Shown piece after piece: positions 8,739-18,684 of a stretch of DNA of 64,000 nucleotides. The notes beneath the pieces were generated by a model. The model did no database searches. It saw only the letters and a program-made list of their open reading frames with translations, and was not told where the DNA came from. The DNA comes from an uncultured Candidatus Saccharibacteria bacterium (GTDB lineage: Bacteria; Patescibacteriota; Minisyncoccia; Phycocordibacterales; UBA12088). The stretch covers positions 4,626 through 68,625 of the forward strand of contig CAYWKE010000001.1 of assembly GCA_964459075.1 (NCBI GenBank), given 5' to 3'. How positions within the stretch are numbered: position 1 is the stretch's first letter; every line of letters begins with the position of its first letter. Position numbers and translations under genes: made by a program.

Positions 8739-11147
8739 CTAGTGTGATTTTGCTTCGGTCTCGGCAAAGAGCGGGAGCGACTTGATGACCGTATCGGGTG
8801 AGAGTGAGATACTCTCGATCCCGCGCTCAATGAGGAATGCGGCGATGTCTGGGAAGTCTGAAGGTGCCTGTCCGCAGATGCCGATGTATTTGCCACGATC
8901 CTTGCAGGCAGCGATCGCGACCTCCATCATCTCGAGGACCGCGTGGTTCTGCTCGTTCCCGACCGAAGCAATGGTCGCCGAATCGCGGTCGAGCCCCAGG
9001 ACAAGTTGCGTGAGGTCGTTCGAGCCGATCGACATGCCGTCGAAGCGATCGAGGAATTCGTTCGCCAGGATGACGTTACTCGGGACCTCGCACATGACGT
9101 ACACCTTAAGCTTGTCATCCTTCATGCGATCGAGTCCGTGCTCACTCATGACGAAGAGCACCTTGTCGGCCTCATCCAGGGTGCGGCAGAACGGCACCAT
9201 CGGGACCGCGTTGTCGAGGCCCATCTCGTAGCGCACCTTTGCCATTGCCTTACATTCGAGTCCGAACGCATCCTTGAACGAGTCACTGTAGTAGCGGCTC
9301 GCCCCGCGCCACCCGATCATCGGGTTCGCTTCCTCGGGCTCGTAGAGATCGCCGCCGATGAGCGTGCGGTACTCGTTGGTCTTGAAATCTGAGAAGCGAA
9401 TGATGACGTCGTGGGGGTAGAACGCTGCCGCGATCATGGCGATACCTTCAGCAAGTTCATCCACGTAGTACTGGGTCTTGTCCTCGTAGCCCGGGGTCAG
9501 CCGGTCGATCGTCTCCGCGAGGCGTCGCTGCGCACTGTCCTCTGCGTTCTTCAGTTCTTGGTAGTGGAAGAGTGCATTGGGGTGGATACGGATGTGCGAG
9601 TTGATGATGAACTCCAAGCGCCCCAGACCCACGCCCTTGACGGGAAGGTAGTGGTTCTTGAATGCCTCGTGTGGTGAGCCAACGTTGACCATCATCTTGG
9701 TCTTCAGCTCTGGCACCTCGTCGAGTCGGTGTTCTTCGGTCTCGTACGAGAGGAGGCCGCGCAGGACGCGTCCCTCTTTGCCGGACGAGCAGTCGATCGT
9801 CACCTCGTCGCCATCTTTGAGTGCTGATGTCGCATTGCCACAGCCCACGATGCACGGTATTCCGAGCTCGCGAGAGACAATCGCGGCGTGGCTCGTGCGG
9901 CCACCTTTGTCGGTGACGATGGCGCTCGCGATCTTCATGATGGGCTCCCAGTCGGGATCGGTGATCTCAGTGACCAACACCTCACCTTCGTTGAACGAGC
10001 CGATATCCTTGACGTCGCGAATGACGTTGACCTTCCCTGAGGCGATCTTGGTGCCGACCGCGGTCCCCGACACCATCTGCGGACCCTCTTCCTTGAGCTT
10101 GTACTCAATGACGGTCTTCTTGTCGCCGACGGAGTGGATGGTCTCAGGTCGCGCCTGAACGATGTAGAGCTGACCGGTCTTCCCATCCTTGGCCCACTCC
10201 ATGTCCATCGGTTGGTAGTGCCCATGGTGCTCGGAGAAGTGCTTCTCGATGACCACGGCCCACCGCGCAAGCTGGCTTGCGTCCTCATCCGTGATGCAGT
10301 ACTGGTCGCGCTCTTCCTCGAGCACCCCCACGATGATGCCGCCCTTCTCACCATAGATCATCTTGACCTCTTTGCTGCCTAGGTCCTTGGCGATGAGACC
10401 TGAGAGACCCTTCTCGAGGGAGGGTTTGAAGAGCGTGAATGCGTCCGGGTTGACCTTTCCTTGCACGACCATCTCACCGAGGCCGTAGGAGCCCTCGATG
10501 ATGACGACCTTATCAAAGCCGGTCTCGGTGTCGAGTGAGAACATCACGCCGGAGGCGGCGAGGTCCGAGCGCACCATGATCTGAATGCCGACCGAGAGCG
10601 CGGCATCAGTGTGTGAGAAGCCCTTATCGGCGCGGTAGGAGATAGCACGGTTGGTGAAGAGTGAGGCAATGCACATCTTTGCATGCGCGACGACCGCTTC
10701 CTCGCCAACGACGTTGAGGTAGGTCTCCTGCTGGCCCGCGAAAGAGGCACCAGGCAGGTCTTCCGCGGTCGCACTTGAGCGCACGGCAACATCCTTAGTG
10801 CCGTACTCCTCGGTCAGCTGCGCGTACGCATCCCCGATCTCTCGCTTGAGATCGTCGGGTAGCTTCGCCTCTAGGATCATGGAGCGCACCGCTTGGCCAC
10901 GATCGGAGAGGTCCTGCATGTCGTGGGTGTTGAGCCCAGCCAAGGTCTCGTTGATGCGGTCGCGCAGACCTGCGGAATCGAGGAAGTAATTATACGCGTG
11001 TGCGGTAACCGCGAATCCATCGGGCACGTTGACCCCCAGTTGCTTGAGCCGGGAGACCATCTCTCCCAACGCCGCGTTCTTGCCTCCGACCAACGGAACA
11101 TCCTTGATCGAGAGGTCTGCAAATCGAATGATATGTCGCTCGTCCAT
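8739..11147 (-). CDS. ppsA: Phosphoenolpyruvate synthase (pyruvate, water dikinase)
   Basis: VGGKNA.LGEM, AVRSSATAEDLP.ASFAGQQET, GGRTSHAAIVSRELG (phospho-His), EANPMIGWRGASRY, SIGSNDLTQ, GICGQAPSD. Confidence 0.97.
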   Translation of the reverse strand: MDERHIIRFADLSIKDVPLVGGKNAALGEMVSRLKQLGVNVPDGFAVTAHAYNYFLDSAGLRDRINETLAGLNTHDMQDLSDRGQAVRSMILEAKLPDDLKREIGDAYAQLTEEYGTKDVAVRSSATAEDLPGASFAGQQETYLNVVGEEAVVAHAKMCIASLFTNRAISYRADKGFSHTDAALSVGIQIMVRSDLAASGVMFSLDTETGFDKVVIIEGSYGLGEMVVQGKVNPDAFTLFKPSLEKGLSGLIAKDLGSKEVKMIYGEKGGIIVGVLEEERDQYCITDEDASQLARWAVVIEKHFSEHHGHYQPMDMEWAKDGKTGQLYIVQARPETIHSVGDKKTVIEYKLKEEGPQMVSGTAVGTKIASGKVNVIRDVKDIGSFNEGEVLVTEITDPDWEPIMKIASAIVTDKGGRTSHAAIVSRELGIPCIVGCGNATSALKDGDEVTIDCSSGKEGRVLRGLLSYETEEHRLDEVPELKTKMMVNVGSPHEAFKNHYLPVKGVGLGRLEFIINSHIRIHPNALFHYQELKNAEDSAQRRLAETIDRLTPGYEDKTQYYVDELAEGIAMIAAAFYPHDVIIRFSDFKTNEYRTLIGGDLYEPEEANPMIGWRGASRYYSDSFKDAFGLECKAMAKVRYEMGLDNAVPMVPFCRTLDEADKVLFVMSEHGLDRMKDDKLKVYVMCEVPSNVILANEFLDRFDGMSIGSNDLTQLVLGLDRDSATIASVGNEQNHAVLEMMEVAIAACKDRGKYIGICGQAPSDFPDIAAFLIERGIESISLSPDTVIKSLPLFAETEAKSH

Positions 11148-11196
11148 GGTACGTAAAGAACTTAGGTTCCCCAATAAACACTACTACTAAAAGAAC

Positions 11197-12489
11197 TCAC
11201 TCCTTCAGCAACACGTACAGATCTGATACGTTGCTACCAGTATACCCCGTAACCACTCCTTGATGCACCCTGTGGAAGAATGTGAAGGAGTCACAGCGGG
11301 TAAGAAAGTCGTGCGGATCGAGTCCTGCTTCACGTGCTGCCTCCTGCGTCGTGGTATCAGCGATCGCACCTGCGTTATCGGACTTGTCGCGTCCGTCGGA
11401 GGCCACGGTCAATACGAGCTCACCCGCAGTAAGCGCTGGGAGCGCAGCAAGGGCGAGGTGTTGATTGCGTCCACCCTCTCCCTCGCCCGTGATCTCGACC
11501 GTCGTCTCGCCACCGTAGAGCCACACCTCGCCAGGGCCCATACGCTTGAGTTCATGCGCGAACCGCTGCGCGACCGCGTTCGCATCTCCCTCAAGGGTCG
11601 CCGAGACCACTCGCGGTGACAGACCACGTTCACGCGCAACGCGCTCCATAGCCGACAGGGCGGCCTGGTTCGTCAGTGCTAGGGTGTTGCGTGTGGTCGC
11701 AAAGCATGCCGGGTCTTTCGGGGTCTCGAACAGCACAGCGGGGTCGAACCCCTCAGGCGCACACGCGAACGTGGAGAGAACCGAACGCGCATCGGCGACT
11801 GTTGATGTATCAAGAATGGTCGGTCCTGAGGAGATCACGGAAAGGTCATCCCCAGGCACGTCCGAGAAGATGAGTGCCTCCAAGCGCGCAGGGTGGGCTG
11901 CCGCAGCGAGGTGTCCGCCGCGAGCGAGCGAGAGGTGCTTGCGTACGGTGTTCAGCTTGGCGATGGTTACGCCGCACGAAAAGAGTGCGCGGATCAGCTC
12001 TTCCTCAGCCACACAGGTGTGACTCTGCGGTTGGAACAGCAAGGTAGAGCCGCCACCTGAGATGATGAGAATGATCAGGTCGTCCTCGGTCGCGCTCTCA
12101 AGGAGGGTCAGAAGCTCCCTCGTGTGGAGCACGTTGGCATCTGAGGGGTAGGGGTGGGTACCCTCACACGAGCGGATGCGCTTCAGGATACCGCTGTCGC
12201 ACCGCACATCAACGACCACCCCATCGTCAATGCGCTCGCCCAAGATCTCTTCGAGCGCGTAGGCAGCATCGAGCGCACACTTCCCCACACCCCCGACGAG
12301 CAATCGTCGAAATGAGGTTGCTGGATAGCGCCTCCCAGCGATCACGAGCGTGCCGTCCGGCTCACGCGCGACCTGCGCGCGCATGACCGCTCGCGTATCG
12401 ATGGCGCTGAGCGCGGCTTCCACCAAAGCGAGCGCGTGTGCGCGCAGTGGCGTACATGCCAATTCCTCCGCATTCTGCACGTACCCCAT
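11197..12489 (-). CDS. Glycerate 2-kinase (MOFRL family, GckA/TtuD-like)
   Basis: HPYP, ISGGGSTL, LNTVRKHLS..RGG, SDVPGDD...ISSGPT, GGETTV...GEGGRNQ, TGSNVSD. Confidence 0.93.
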   Translation of the reverse strand: MGYVQNAEELACTPLRAHALALVEAALSAIDTRAVMRAQVAREPDGTLVIAGRRYPATSFRRLLVGGVGKCALDAAYALEEILGERIDDGVVVDVRCDSGILKRIRSCEGTHPYPSDANVLHTRELLTLLESATEDDLIILIISGGGSTLLFQPQSHTCVAEEELIRALFSCGVTIAKLNTVRKHLSLARGGHLAAAAHPARLEALIFSDVPGDDLSVISSGPTILDTSTVADARSVLSTFACAPEGFDPAVLFETPKDPACFATTRNTLALTNQAALSAMERVARERGLSPRVVSATLEGDANAVAQRFAHELKRMGPGEVWLYGGETTVEITGEGEGGRNQHLALAALPALTAGELVLTVASDGRDKSDNAGAIADTTTQEAAREAGLDPHDFLTRCDSFTFFHRVHQGVVTGYTGSNVSDLYVLLKE

Positions 12490-12585
12490 GGTACCGGTAT
12501 GGTACCCCGTGCTGCCTGGTCAATTCAATCGACCTATACACAGGCCCGCACACCAGCGACTGTTTCCTGGGGTAAAATGGAGGTG

Positions 12586-13257
12586 ATGCGCCACGTGATA
12601 TTTCGGCACCGCTACACGATACTGATCGGTGCACCCATTGTGGTGATGCTCGCCACATCGCTCGGGTTCACCACGCAGTTCGATACGCTCACCCTCGAAC
12701 CTTCCCAGCGCTTCATCGCCGTAGGCGCAACCACCTCGATCGCGGTCTCGATCACGACGACCGAACCGGTCAACGTCATTGGGGGCGAGATCACCCTCTC
12801 TGAGGAACTGCGCGTCATCTCGATCGACACCACCGAGACCATCGTCGACCTATGGAGCGATGAACCAGCAGCGAGAGCCCCACGGGTCATCACCTTCAGC
12901 GGCGGGATCATACCGACGGAGGCAGGAGGATTTGAGGGCTCAGGCACGCTCTTTCAGTTCACTGTTGCGGCCGCCAAAGCAGGTTCGGGTCGCATCGAGT
13001 TCACACAGGCTGAGGTACTCGCCCACGATGGGCGAGGCACCAACGTGCTCGACCGACGGGTCCCCTTACGCCTGGTCGTCCATCCCAGCTCACGCCCCTC
13101 CCCCGACCTCGATGCGGATGATCGTGTCTCGCTGCTTGACGTGGGAATGGTCTCACGTCGAATATTCACCTCCTACGATCCACGCTATGATCTCAATACC
13201 GACGGACGTATTTCCTTCAGCGATGTCCTCCTGGTGATGCGCTACCTCGCCAAGTAG
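12586..13257 (+). CDS. Secreted/membrane-anchored cohesin plus dockerin-like protein
   Basis: N-terminal hydrophobic segment; cohesin-like VN.I.GEI...W..EP...ITFSGG...A.VLAHDG.GT; dockerin-like DLDADDRVSLLD...DLNTDGRISFSD. GGAGG and TAAAAT lie upstream. Confidence 0.8.
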   Translation: MRHVIFRHRYTILIGAPIVVMLATSLGFTTQFDTLTLEPSQRFIAVGATTSIAVSITTTEPVNVIGGEITLSEELRVISIDTTETIVDLWSDEPAARAPRVITFSGGIIPTEAGGFEGSGTLFQFTVAAAKAGSGRIEFTQAEVLAHDGRGTNVLDRRVPLRLVVHPSSRPSPDLDADDRVSLLDVGMVSRRIFTSYDPRYDLNTDGRISFSDVLLVMRYLAK

Positions 13258-13350
13258 TCACGCACGCCGCGCGAAGGTGCGCAGGTGTCATCAGTGATTC
13301 TCAGCGAGTTGGCAGAGAAGCCTCGCGCTCCGCTCCTGCCCTTAGACACA

Positions 13351-15147
13351 CTAGGAGCGCATGCGGGTGATGCGAAGCGGCTGTGGCCTCGCGGCGCTCT
13401 CGATATCCTCGATCTCGTCAATGATGTGCTCCTCACTCTGGGTGAGCTGGCGTGAGAGGTCAAGCAGCACTTGCTCCTCCTCTCGGGTCAGAGGACGTTC
13501 CCTGCTTGCAGCAGTGAGGTTGGCAACGTGCTGAGAGAGCTTTTGTTCGAGTTCTCCGAATGAGGCGTGGACGATATCCTCGGCCTCTCGTGTCTCCACG
13601 CGCACCAAACCACGCGCGCGCCGAACCGCGAGCCAGCCTAACCACAGCACAAACGCCAGAAGGGATACGAGACCGATGAGCGACAACAGGATGGTGAGAT
13701 AGCTCACTGCTACCGAGCCGAACAGCAGCAGCGTCGGTTGCGCAACCGTGACCACAAGGGGCGCGGTGAACAAGCTCGTCGCCCCGCGCTCATCGCGCAC
13801 ACGTGCTCGTATCTCGTAATCCCCACTGCGCGCCAATTCGGTGATCGTCATCACGAAACTTCCTGCGCCATCTGCCTCGACCGTGCGTCGCTCCCACTCG
13901 CCGTCATTGAGGCTATACTCTACCTCGACCAGCGCACCCGGGGGCGCACTGCCGCGCACTGATAGCCGCTCTCCCACATTGACATCGGTCATCGATGCCA
14001 ACTCAGGCATAGGAAGCGGCTCGACCACGAACTGTACCGAACGCTCAATGGTGTTGTCCGCTGCGTCGAACGCGATGACCGTGAGGGTGTGCTCTCCCGG
14101 CTCAATGTCAGACGGAAGGAACGCTCCCTGCTGCGCGTCGTCCACACCCCAGCGCACCGAGCGACCACCGTTGAGCGCGATCTCGTAGTGCGTCACACCT
14201 GACCCCTCATCCACCGTTGAGAATGAGAACCCAACGCGTGGGTCGGTCCGATCTGAGCGGGGGGTCTCGGTGATGGTCAACTCCTCCGGCGGAGTGATAT
14301 CGACACGCAGCGGATAGCTGTACACAGGACCCCACGTGCCAGCCTCACGAAACTGCAGGTGCGCGACATTCTCCCCTTCCGGAAGATCGGGGATCGTCAG
14401 CTGCGGCACCGCGGGCTCGTAGAGTGTGGTTGGTCGTGCCTGAGGATCACGCGAGACGTCGAGCCGAAGGGCGTCAACACTCTCAGGGAGCTCCCAGAAC
14501 AAAAACGCGGTCGTGGTCGCGGCCCACCCGTCTGGATCGGGGTGGGTCGAGGAGCGCAGCGGGCTGTTCGCACTTCTCGCCGGGGTCGAGATGGTCGTGA
14601 TCTCAGGAACGATATCGCGCTGCGTCAGTGTGTAGGTACCAGAGCGAAGGCCCGAGAGGACGTTGCTTGCCTGGCCGTTCGCTGAGAATGCAGCGGCACC
14701 CTGAGAGAACCACACCTGACTTGCTGAAGGACGCAGTGCTCGCAGCGTCAGGGTGAGTACCTCTCCTGCCGCACCCTGGTAGCCCCCGACAGCGGTCGCA
14801 CCCGAGAAGGTCAATCGTCCCGTTGCAGGATCGAGTTGTGGACGTTCGATCCAGGAAGAGACGATGGAGTCATCGGTGTTGACGGCGATCAACTCGACAT
14901 CTTCTTGGGTGAGCGAGAGACTTCCTTCAATGGCGTTGACCAGTTCCCCACCGGTATCGATAAGGACCGCAAGCGTGAACTCCTCCCCGATGGGAATGAC
15001 CGCTGATGGTGGTGACAGGTACAGTGATGCGTCGGCGCTCGCCGTTACCGGAAGTCCCACGACGAGCGCGAGTAGGAGCGTGAAGCACGCGCAACGAACA
15101 CACGCGAGGTGGGTGAGCGAATGACGGATGGTGGTGCTGGTGCTCAT
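13351..15147 (-). CDS. Cohesin + Ig-like domains + C-terminal TM and coiled-coil tail
   Basis: Signal peptide; ASLYLSP...VNAIEG.L...WIERP...LTFSG cohesin; SSTHPD..W and DITPP Ig-like modules; C-terminal TM. Paralog of 46511..48007. Confidence 0.82.
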   Translation of the reverse strand: MSTSTTIRHSLTHLACVRCACFTLLLALVVGLPVTASADASLYLSPPSAVIPIGEEFTLAVLIDTGGELVNAIEGSLSLTQEDVELIAVNTDDSIVSSWIERPQLDPATGRLTFSGATAVGGYQGAAGEVLTLTLRALRPSASQVWFSQGAAAFSANGQASNVLSGLRSGTYTLTQRDIVPEITTISTPARSANSPLRSSTHPDPDGWAATTTAFLFWELPESVDALRLDVSRDPQARPTTLYEPAVPQLTIPDLPEGENVAHLQFREAGTWGPVYSYPLRVDITPPEELTITETPRSDRTDPRVGFSFSTVDEGSGVTHYEIALNGGRSVRWGVDDAQQGAFLPSDIEPGEHTLTVIAFDAADNTIERSVQFVVEPLPMPELASMTDVNVGERLSVRGSAPPGALVEVEYSLNDGEWERRTVEADGAGSFVMTITELARSGDYEIRARVRDERGATSLFTAPLVVTVAQPTLLLFGSVAVSYLTILLSLIGLVSLLAFVLWLGWLAVRRARGLVRVETREAEDIVHASFGELEQKLSQHVANLTAASRERPLTREEEQVLLDLSRQLTQSEEHIIDEIEDIESAARPQPLRITRMRS

Positions 15148-16154
15148 GCTGATTCTCCTGGGTCCGATCGGAAGGGCTCCTGCTCAGCACGTGCTCCTTC
15201 CCTGCGGTAGGCGCGGACAAGTTTGAGTGCGATGAATCCACATGCGGTAAGGAGTACGAGGAGAATGAGCCACCCCACGAGATCGAGAAAGGTGAACACG
15301 CGTCGCAGCTCCTCAGGGGGCTGGAAAGAGACAACCCTCTCGTTCCCTGCTTTATCGACCGCTTTCACTTGAATGGTGCTGTTGAGGGATTGGTCACGCA
15401 GGACGTACGGACTCTTCGTGGTGATCCACTGCGCCTCTCGCGAGACGAACGAGAGGAACCCCCAGCGCTCCGGATCGGTCTCGCGTACCTCGTAGTACGC
15501 GATGCCGCTCTGTTTGTCGGTCGTATTGAAAGCAATGAAGTAGCGCCCGCGCGCGACGTAGGGTTCGGTGTCGAGAATGATCTCGAACAACTCGGGTGCG
15601 GTGATGTCTTGCTTGACCCGAGCGACCCACGCATCTTGCGGTGTCGTCGTGGCGAGACCATCGATAGGTACGGCCTGGCTCTCCAGACGCGCGGGTAGCA
15701 CCGTTCCCTGCCCGTCGTGCCCGTACACCTCAGCCTCATCGATGCGGATAGAGGTCGCGAGCTGTTCGGTCGTGGGCTGCACACGAAAGACAAGCTCGGC
15801 AATGATGTTGGTGAGGCCTGGATCACCTACGACGCGTCCACAGTACCCACCCGGGATACCGCCTGAAAAGGTCACCGATCCGGCCTCTCGGTCGAACTGC
15901 GGCTCCTCGGTCCAGAGTGTGAGAATGGAGCGTCCGCGCGCGACCTCCACGATATCAAGGTGGTCGGTGGTGTAGGAGAAATCCATACGCACCGTATTGA
16001 TACACGCACCTTCTGTGTCGATCCGGACCGGTACGATGAACACCTCGCCAGGCACCACGACCTCGTGAGGATCGATCGAGAGCACGAGCGCTGCAGCAGT
16101 GTGCGGAGCAACACACATAAGGGCGAGCGAGAGGGCTGGTAGTAGGCGGTGCAT
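15144..16154 (-). CDS. Cohesin-domain membrane-anchored protein
   Basis: Signal peptide; CINTV...SILTLWTEEP...VTFSGGIPGGYCG; DITAPELF...DKQSGIAYYEV...AVDKAGN; C-terminal TM. TATAAT lies 7 nt upstream. Confidence 0.82.
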   Translation of the reverse strand: MHRLLPALSLALMCVAPHTAAALVLSIDPHEVVVPGEVFIVPVRIDTEGACINTVRMDFSYTTDHLDIVEVARGRSILTLWTEEPQFDREAGSVTFSGGIPGGYCGRVVGDPGLTNIIAELVFRVQPTTEQLATSIRIDEAEVYGHDGQGTVLPARLESQAVPIDGLATTTPQDAWVARVKQDITAPELFEIILDTEPYVARGRYFIAFNTTDKQSGIAYYEVRETDPERWGFLSFVSREAQWITTKSPYVLRDQSLNSTIQVKAVDKAGNERVVSFQPPEELRRVFTFLDLVGWLILLVLLTACGFIALKLVRAYRREGARAEQEPFRSDPGESA

Positions 16155-16206
16155 GGTACTCATTATAGCGTGCATGCTGAGGGCGTGGGAGCAGTTATCC
16201 AGTCCA

Positions 16207-17385
16207 TTATCCGGTCCAGGCAAAGAGCATGATAGAGAAATCGGGCAGGCCGACCGTACCATCCTGGTTGAAGTCTGCGATCGCATTCGTGGTCTGCCAG
16301 TTGAAGAGAAAGATAGAGAAGTCAATCAGATCAACCCGACCATCCTGGTTAATATCAGGGGTGATTGATGTGTCAACATCCCGCACGCCGACGTAGAAGT
16401 TGACGAGCTGGCTGTACCCACTCTGTGCAGCGGCAGCTCGGTAGTTCGCCTTTGCGGTATGAAAACTCTCATTGGCAAGGGTCCTGGTCTCGAACGAGAG
16501 GAGCCACGCACCGTTGGCTGCTGAGGTCGTTGTTGCGGACAGATCACCATTGTCGATGAGGGTCGTGACTTGCCTCTCGGGAGGTGCCTCGCCCCGCACG
16601 GTGATCGAGGTACCCAAGGGGACTTGATCAGGTTCCACCGCAATAGTAGGAGGGATAAGGATGCCCGACACATTCGTGACCGCACTCTGGATGATCTCAA
16701 AAGTCGTCGAGAAGGTGATGGAGCGTCGACCCTCAGAGTCCTGGGCCCAGAATCCAAACGTCGTCGCCCCAGGCGTGAGACCGGAGTAGTCCAGGGAGAA
16801 CTCGCCGTCACTGTCCGCCTCAACGACCTCGTCTATCTCGCCATCGAGGAGGATATTGACCGTGGCGCCCGGGTAGGCAATACCGGAGATGAGTACCTCG
16901 GTCGGATCATCGAGGTTGACGGTGCCATCGTCGGTGCCATCTGGGTCGCCGCCTCCACCCGAACTGCCACCCCCTCCGCCTCCGCCACCGGAGCTCTCAC
17001 CCGTTCCTCCTGGGTCAGTTGTTGGGGCAACCTCGTTGTTGCACTCGAAGTCACACAGGTCGCCAGAGACATTGTTCCCGTCGTCGCACTCTTCACCAAA
17101 GAGAACCTGGAGGACACCGTCCCCACAGTACGGACCGAATGAGAGGCAATCACCAGCGCAATCCCGCGTGGAGCTAGACAGCGCGTACTCGCCGTCGTTG
17201 ATCCCATCGTCACAGATCTCGTTCGACTGCACGATAGCATCTCCGCACACGCTCACGTTAAGCGTGGTCGTCGCTTGCTCCGGGCCACCGGCACGCACCC
17301 CAGGCGCGAGGCCACCCAGAATGAGCACTCCTACAAACAGGAGCGTCGTAGGGCGTATGAGGTTGGCAGTCACGATAGGCATCAT
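16207..17385 (-). CDS. Secreted protein: Cys-rich (DUF4215/myxobacterial-type) repeats, Gly linker, Ig-like domains, C-terminal dockerin
   Basis: CGDAIVQSNEICDDG and CGDGVLQ..GEECDDGNNVSGDLC; poly-Gly linker; DINQDGRVDLIDFSIFLFNW...DFNQDGTVGLPDFSIMLFAWTG. Confidence 0.85.
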   Translation of the reverse strand: MMPIVTANLIRPTTLLFVGVLILGGLAPGVRAGGPEQATTTLNVSVCGDAIVQSNEICDDGINDGEYALSSSTRDCAGDCLSFGPYCGDGVLQVLFGEECDDGNNVSGDLCDFECNNEVAPTTDPGGTGESSGGGGGGGGSSGGGGDPDGTDDGTVNLDDPTEVLISGIAYPGATVNILLDGEIDEVVEADSDGEFSLDYSGLTPGATTFGFWAQDSEGRRSITFSTTFEIIQSAVTNVSGILIPPTIAVEPDQVPLGTSITVRGEAPPERQVTTLIDNGDLSATTTSAANGAWLLSFETRTLANESFHTAKANYRAAAAQSGYSQLVNFYVGVRDVDTSITPDINQDGRVDLIDFSIFLFNWQTTNAIADFNQDGTVGLPDFSIMLFAWTG

Positions 17386-18539
17386 GGACGTTCCCTTCGG
17401 CGCGACAGGTCAACCACCCCGTGTGGACGGGCTTGCTCTGGACGTGGTGGATGGTGTCTCGGCGGTGGCGCCTGTGGTCGCTGGGGCGCCGCGCGACGCA
17501 CGGGCGGGTGCCCACGTGGTGGGCCGTGGTCGTGAGGCATCGGTCTTCTTGGCGCGTGATGCTGTTCGTAGGGCGGTTCATCTCGGTCATCAGGAACAGC
17601 AGTTCTCGGAGGTCGACGGCGACGCGTGGTCAGCCGCAGCACGAGTAGCCCCGCACCAATGAGGATCAGGAGTACGATAGGCGGAAGGATAAGGGTGAGC
17701 TTGTCGCGCAGCGACAACCCTACGAACCCGTACCCACTGTACCCATCGATCGTCCCCTCGGGCAAGACCGAGAGGGTAAGCTCACCAGAGCGTTTGAGCT
17801 CATCATCAAGAAGGATCTTGTAGCGCACCAAGTACCCACTCGGGGGGAGCCAATTGGGCAACTCGGCAGTGACCTGGCTCAGTGCGAAGGGTTCCACGAG
17901 CTCCATGCGATTCGTACTCTCGATCGACGAGAGAAGCACCGACCCACGCTTGTCGTACACATCAAACACCACCGTTGTGGGCGCGACGGGGACGTTACCA
18001 GTGTTCTCAATGTTCATCGCAAAACGCGTCTTACCGGGGAAGGTGAGCCACCACCGTCTGCGTGGCTCCTCTACTTCAGAGAGGCGCACCCGCTGCACAA
18101 TGAAGTCACGGATCTCGTCGTCGACCCCTAGCTCGACATCGATCTGTGCACCGAGCGCGATCGAGACACCCGAGGTTGGATCTGCGGGAATGGTACGGAT
18201 ACGCATCGTTCCTCGGTACGTATCGAGCTCAGCATCTTCTGGGACACGCACGGTCACTTGGATGGGGACCTGTGCCTGCCCACGCGGCAATACGAACTCC
18301 GTACCCCGATCGATAGTTACCCACTCCGAGAACCCGGGGAGGTTGTAGGTGATCTCTGCGCGTAGGTCATCGACAGGGTCCCCTCGCACAATGGTGATGG
18401 TCTGTGTGTACTCTGACCCCGGTGTGAGTCGAGTATTCTGCACGTACGGAGGCGAGATACCGAACCCCGCACGTGCGATCTCAGCTGGTGCAACGAGCAA
18501 GATAAGTGCGACCAACAGTATGTACCAACCCCTAATCAT
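17382..18539 (-). CDS. DUF916-like (WxL-interacting / pilus-chaperone-like) membrane-anchored protein
   Basis: FGISPP...L.PGSEYTQTITI...EWVTI...V.VPEDAE...Y.G; second domain IENTGNV; TM; P/R/H-rich tail. Confidence 0.65.
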   Translation of the reverse strand: MIRGWYILLVALILLVAPAEIARAGFGISPPYVQNTRLTPGSEYTQTITIVRGDPVDDLRAEITYNLPGFSEWVTIDRGTEFVLPRGQAQVPIQVTVRVPEDAELDTYRGTMRIRTIPADPTSGVSIALGAQIDVELGVDDEIRDFIVQRVRLSEVEEPRRRWWLTFPGKTRFAMNIENTGNVPVAPTTVVFDVYDKRGSVLLSSIESTNRMELVEPFALSQVTAELPNWLPPSGYLVRYKILLDDELKRSGELTLSVLPEGTIDGYSGYGFVGLSLRDKLTLILPPIVLLILIGAGLLVLRLTTRRRRPPRTAVPDDRDEPPYEQHHAPRRPMPHDHGPPRGHPPVRRAAPQRPQAPPPRHHPPRPEQARPHGVVDLSRRRERP

Positions 18540-18638
18540 GAAGATATACCGTGCGCCTGACGCACGTAATACTCGCCATTGTACCGCTAAACAAGCCTCT
18601 TGAGAAAACTCTCCTGAGGATAGACCGGGGAAAACGAA

Positions 18639-18664
18639 AACACAGCTGCGAGTGCAGCTGTGTT
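18639..18664 (-). terminator. Intrinsic terminator
   Basis: 11-bp perfect stem aacacagctgc/gcagctgtgtt, followed on the minus strand by a T-rich run, 20 nt after the stop of 18685..20571. Confidence 0.85.
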
Positions 18665-18684
18665 CTTGGCTATGGATCTAACGA

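Noticed and set aside
12481-12508. Clustered GGTACC palindromes at the glycerate kinase start
   Set aside because: Short, overlapping the start codon and putative -10 box; no independent evidence for an operator.
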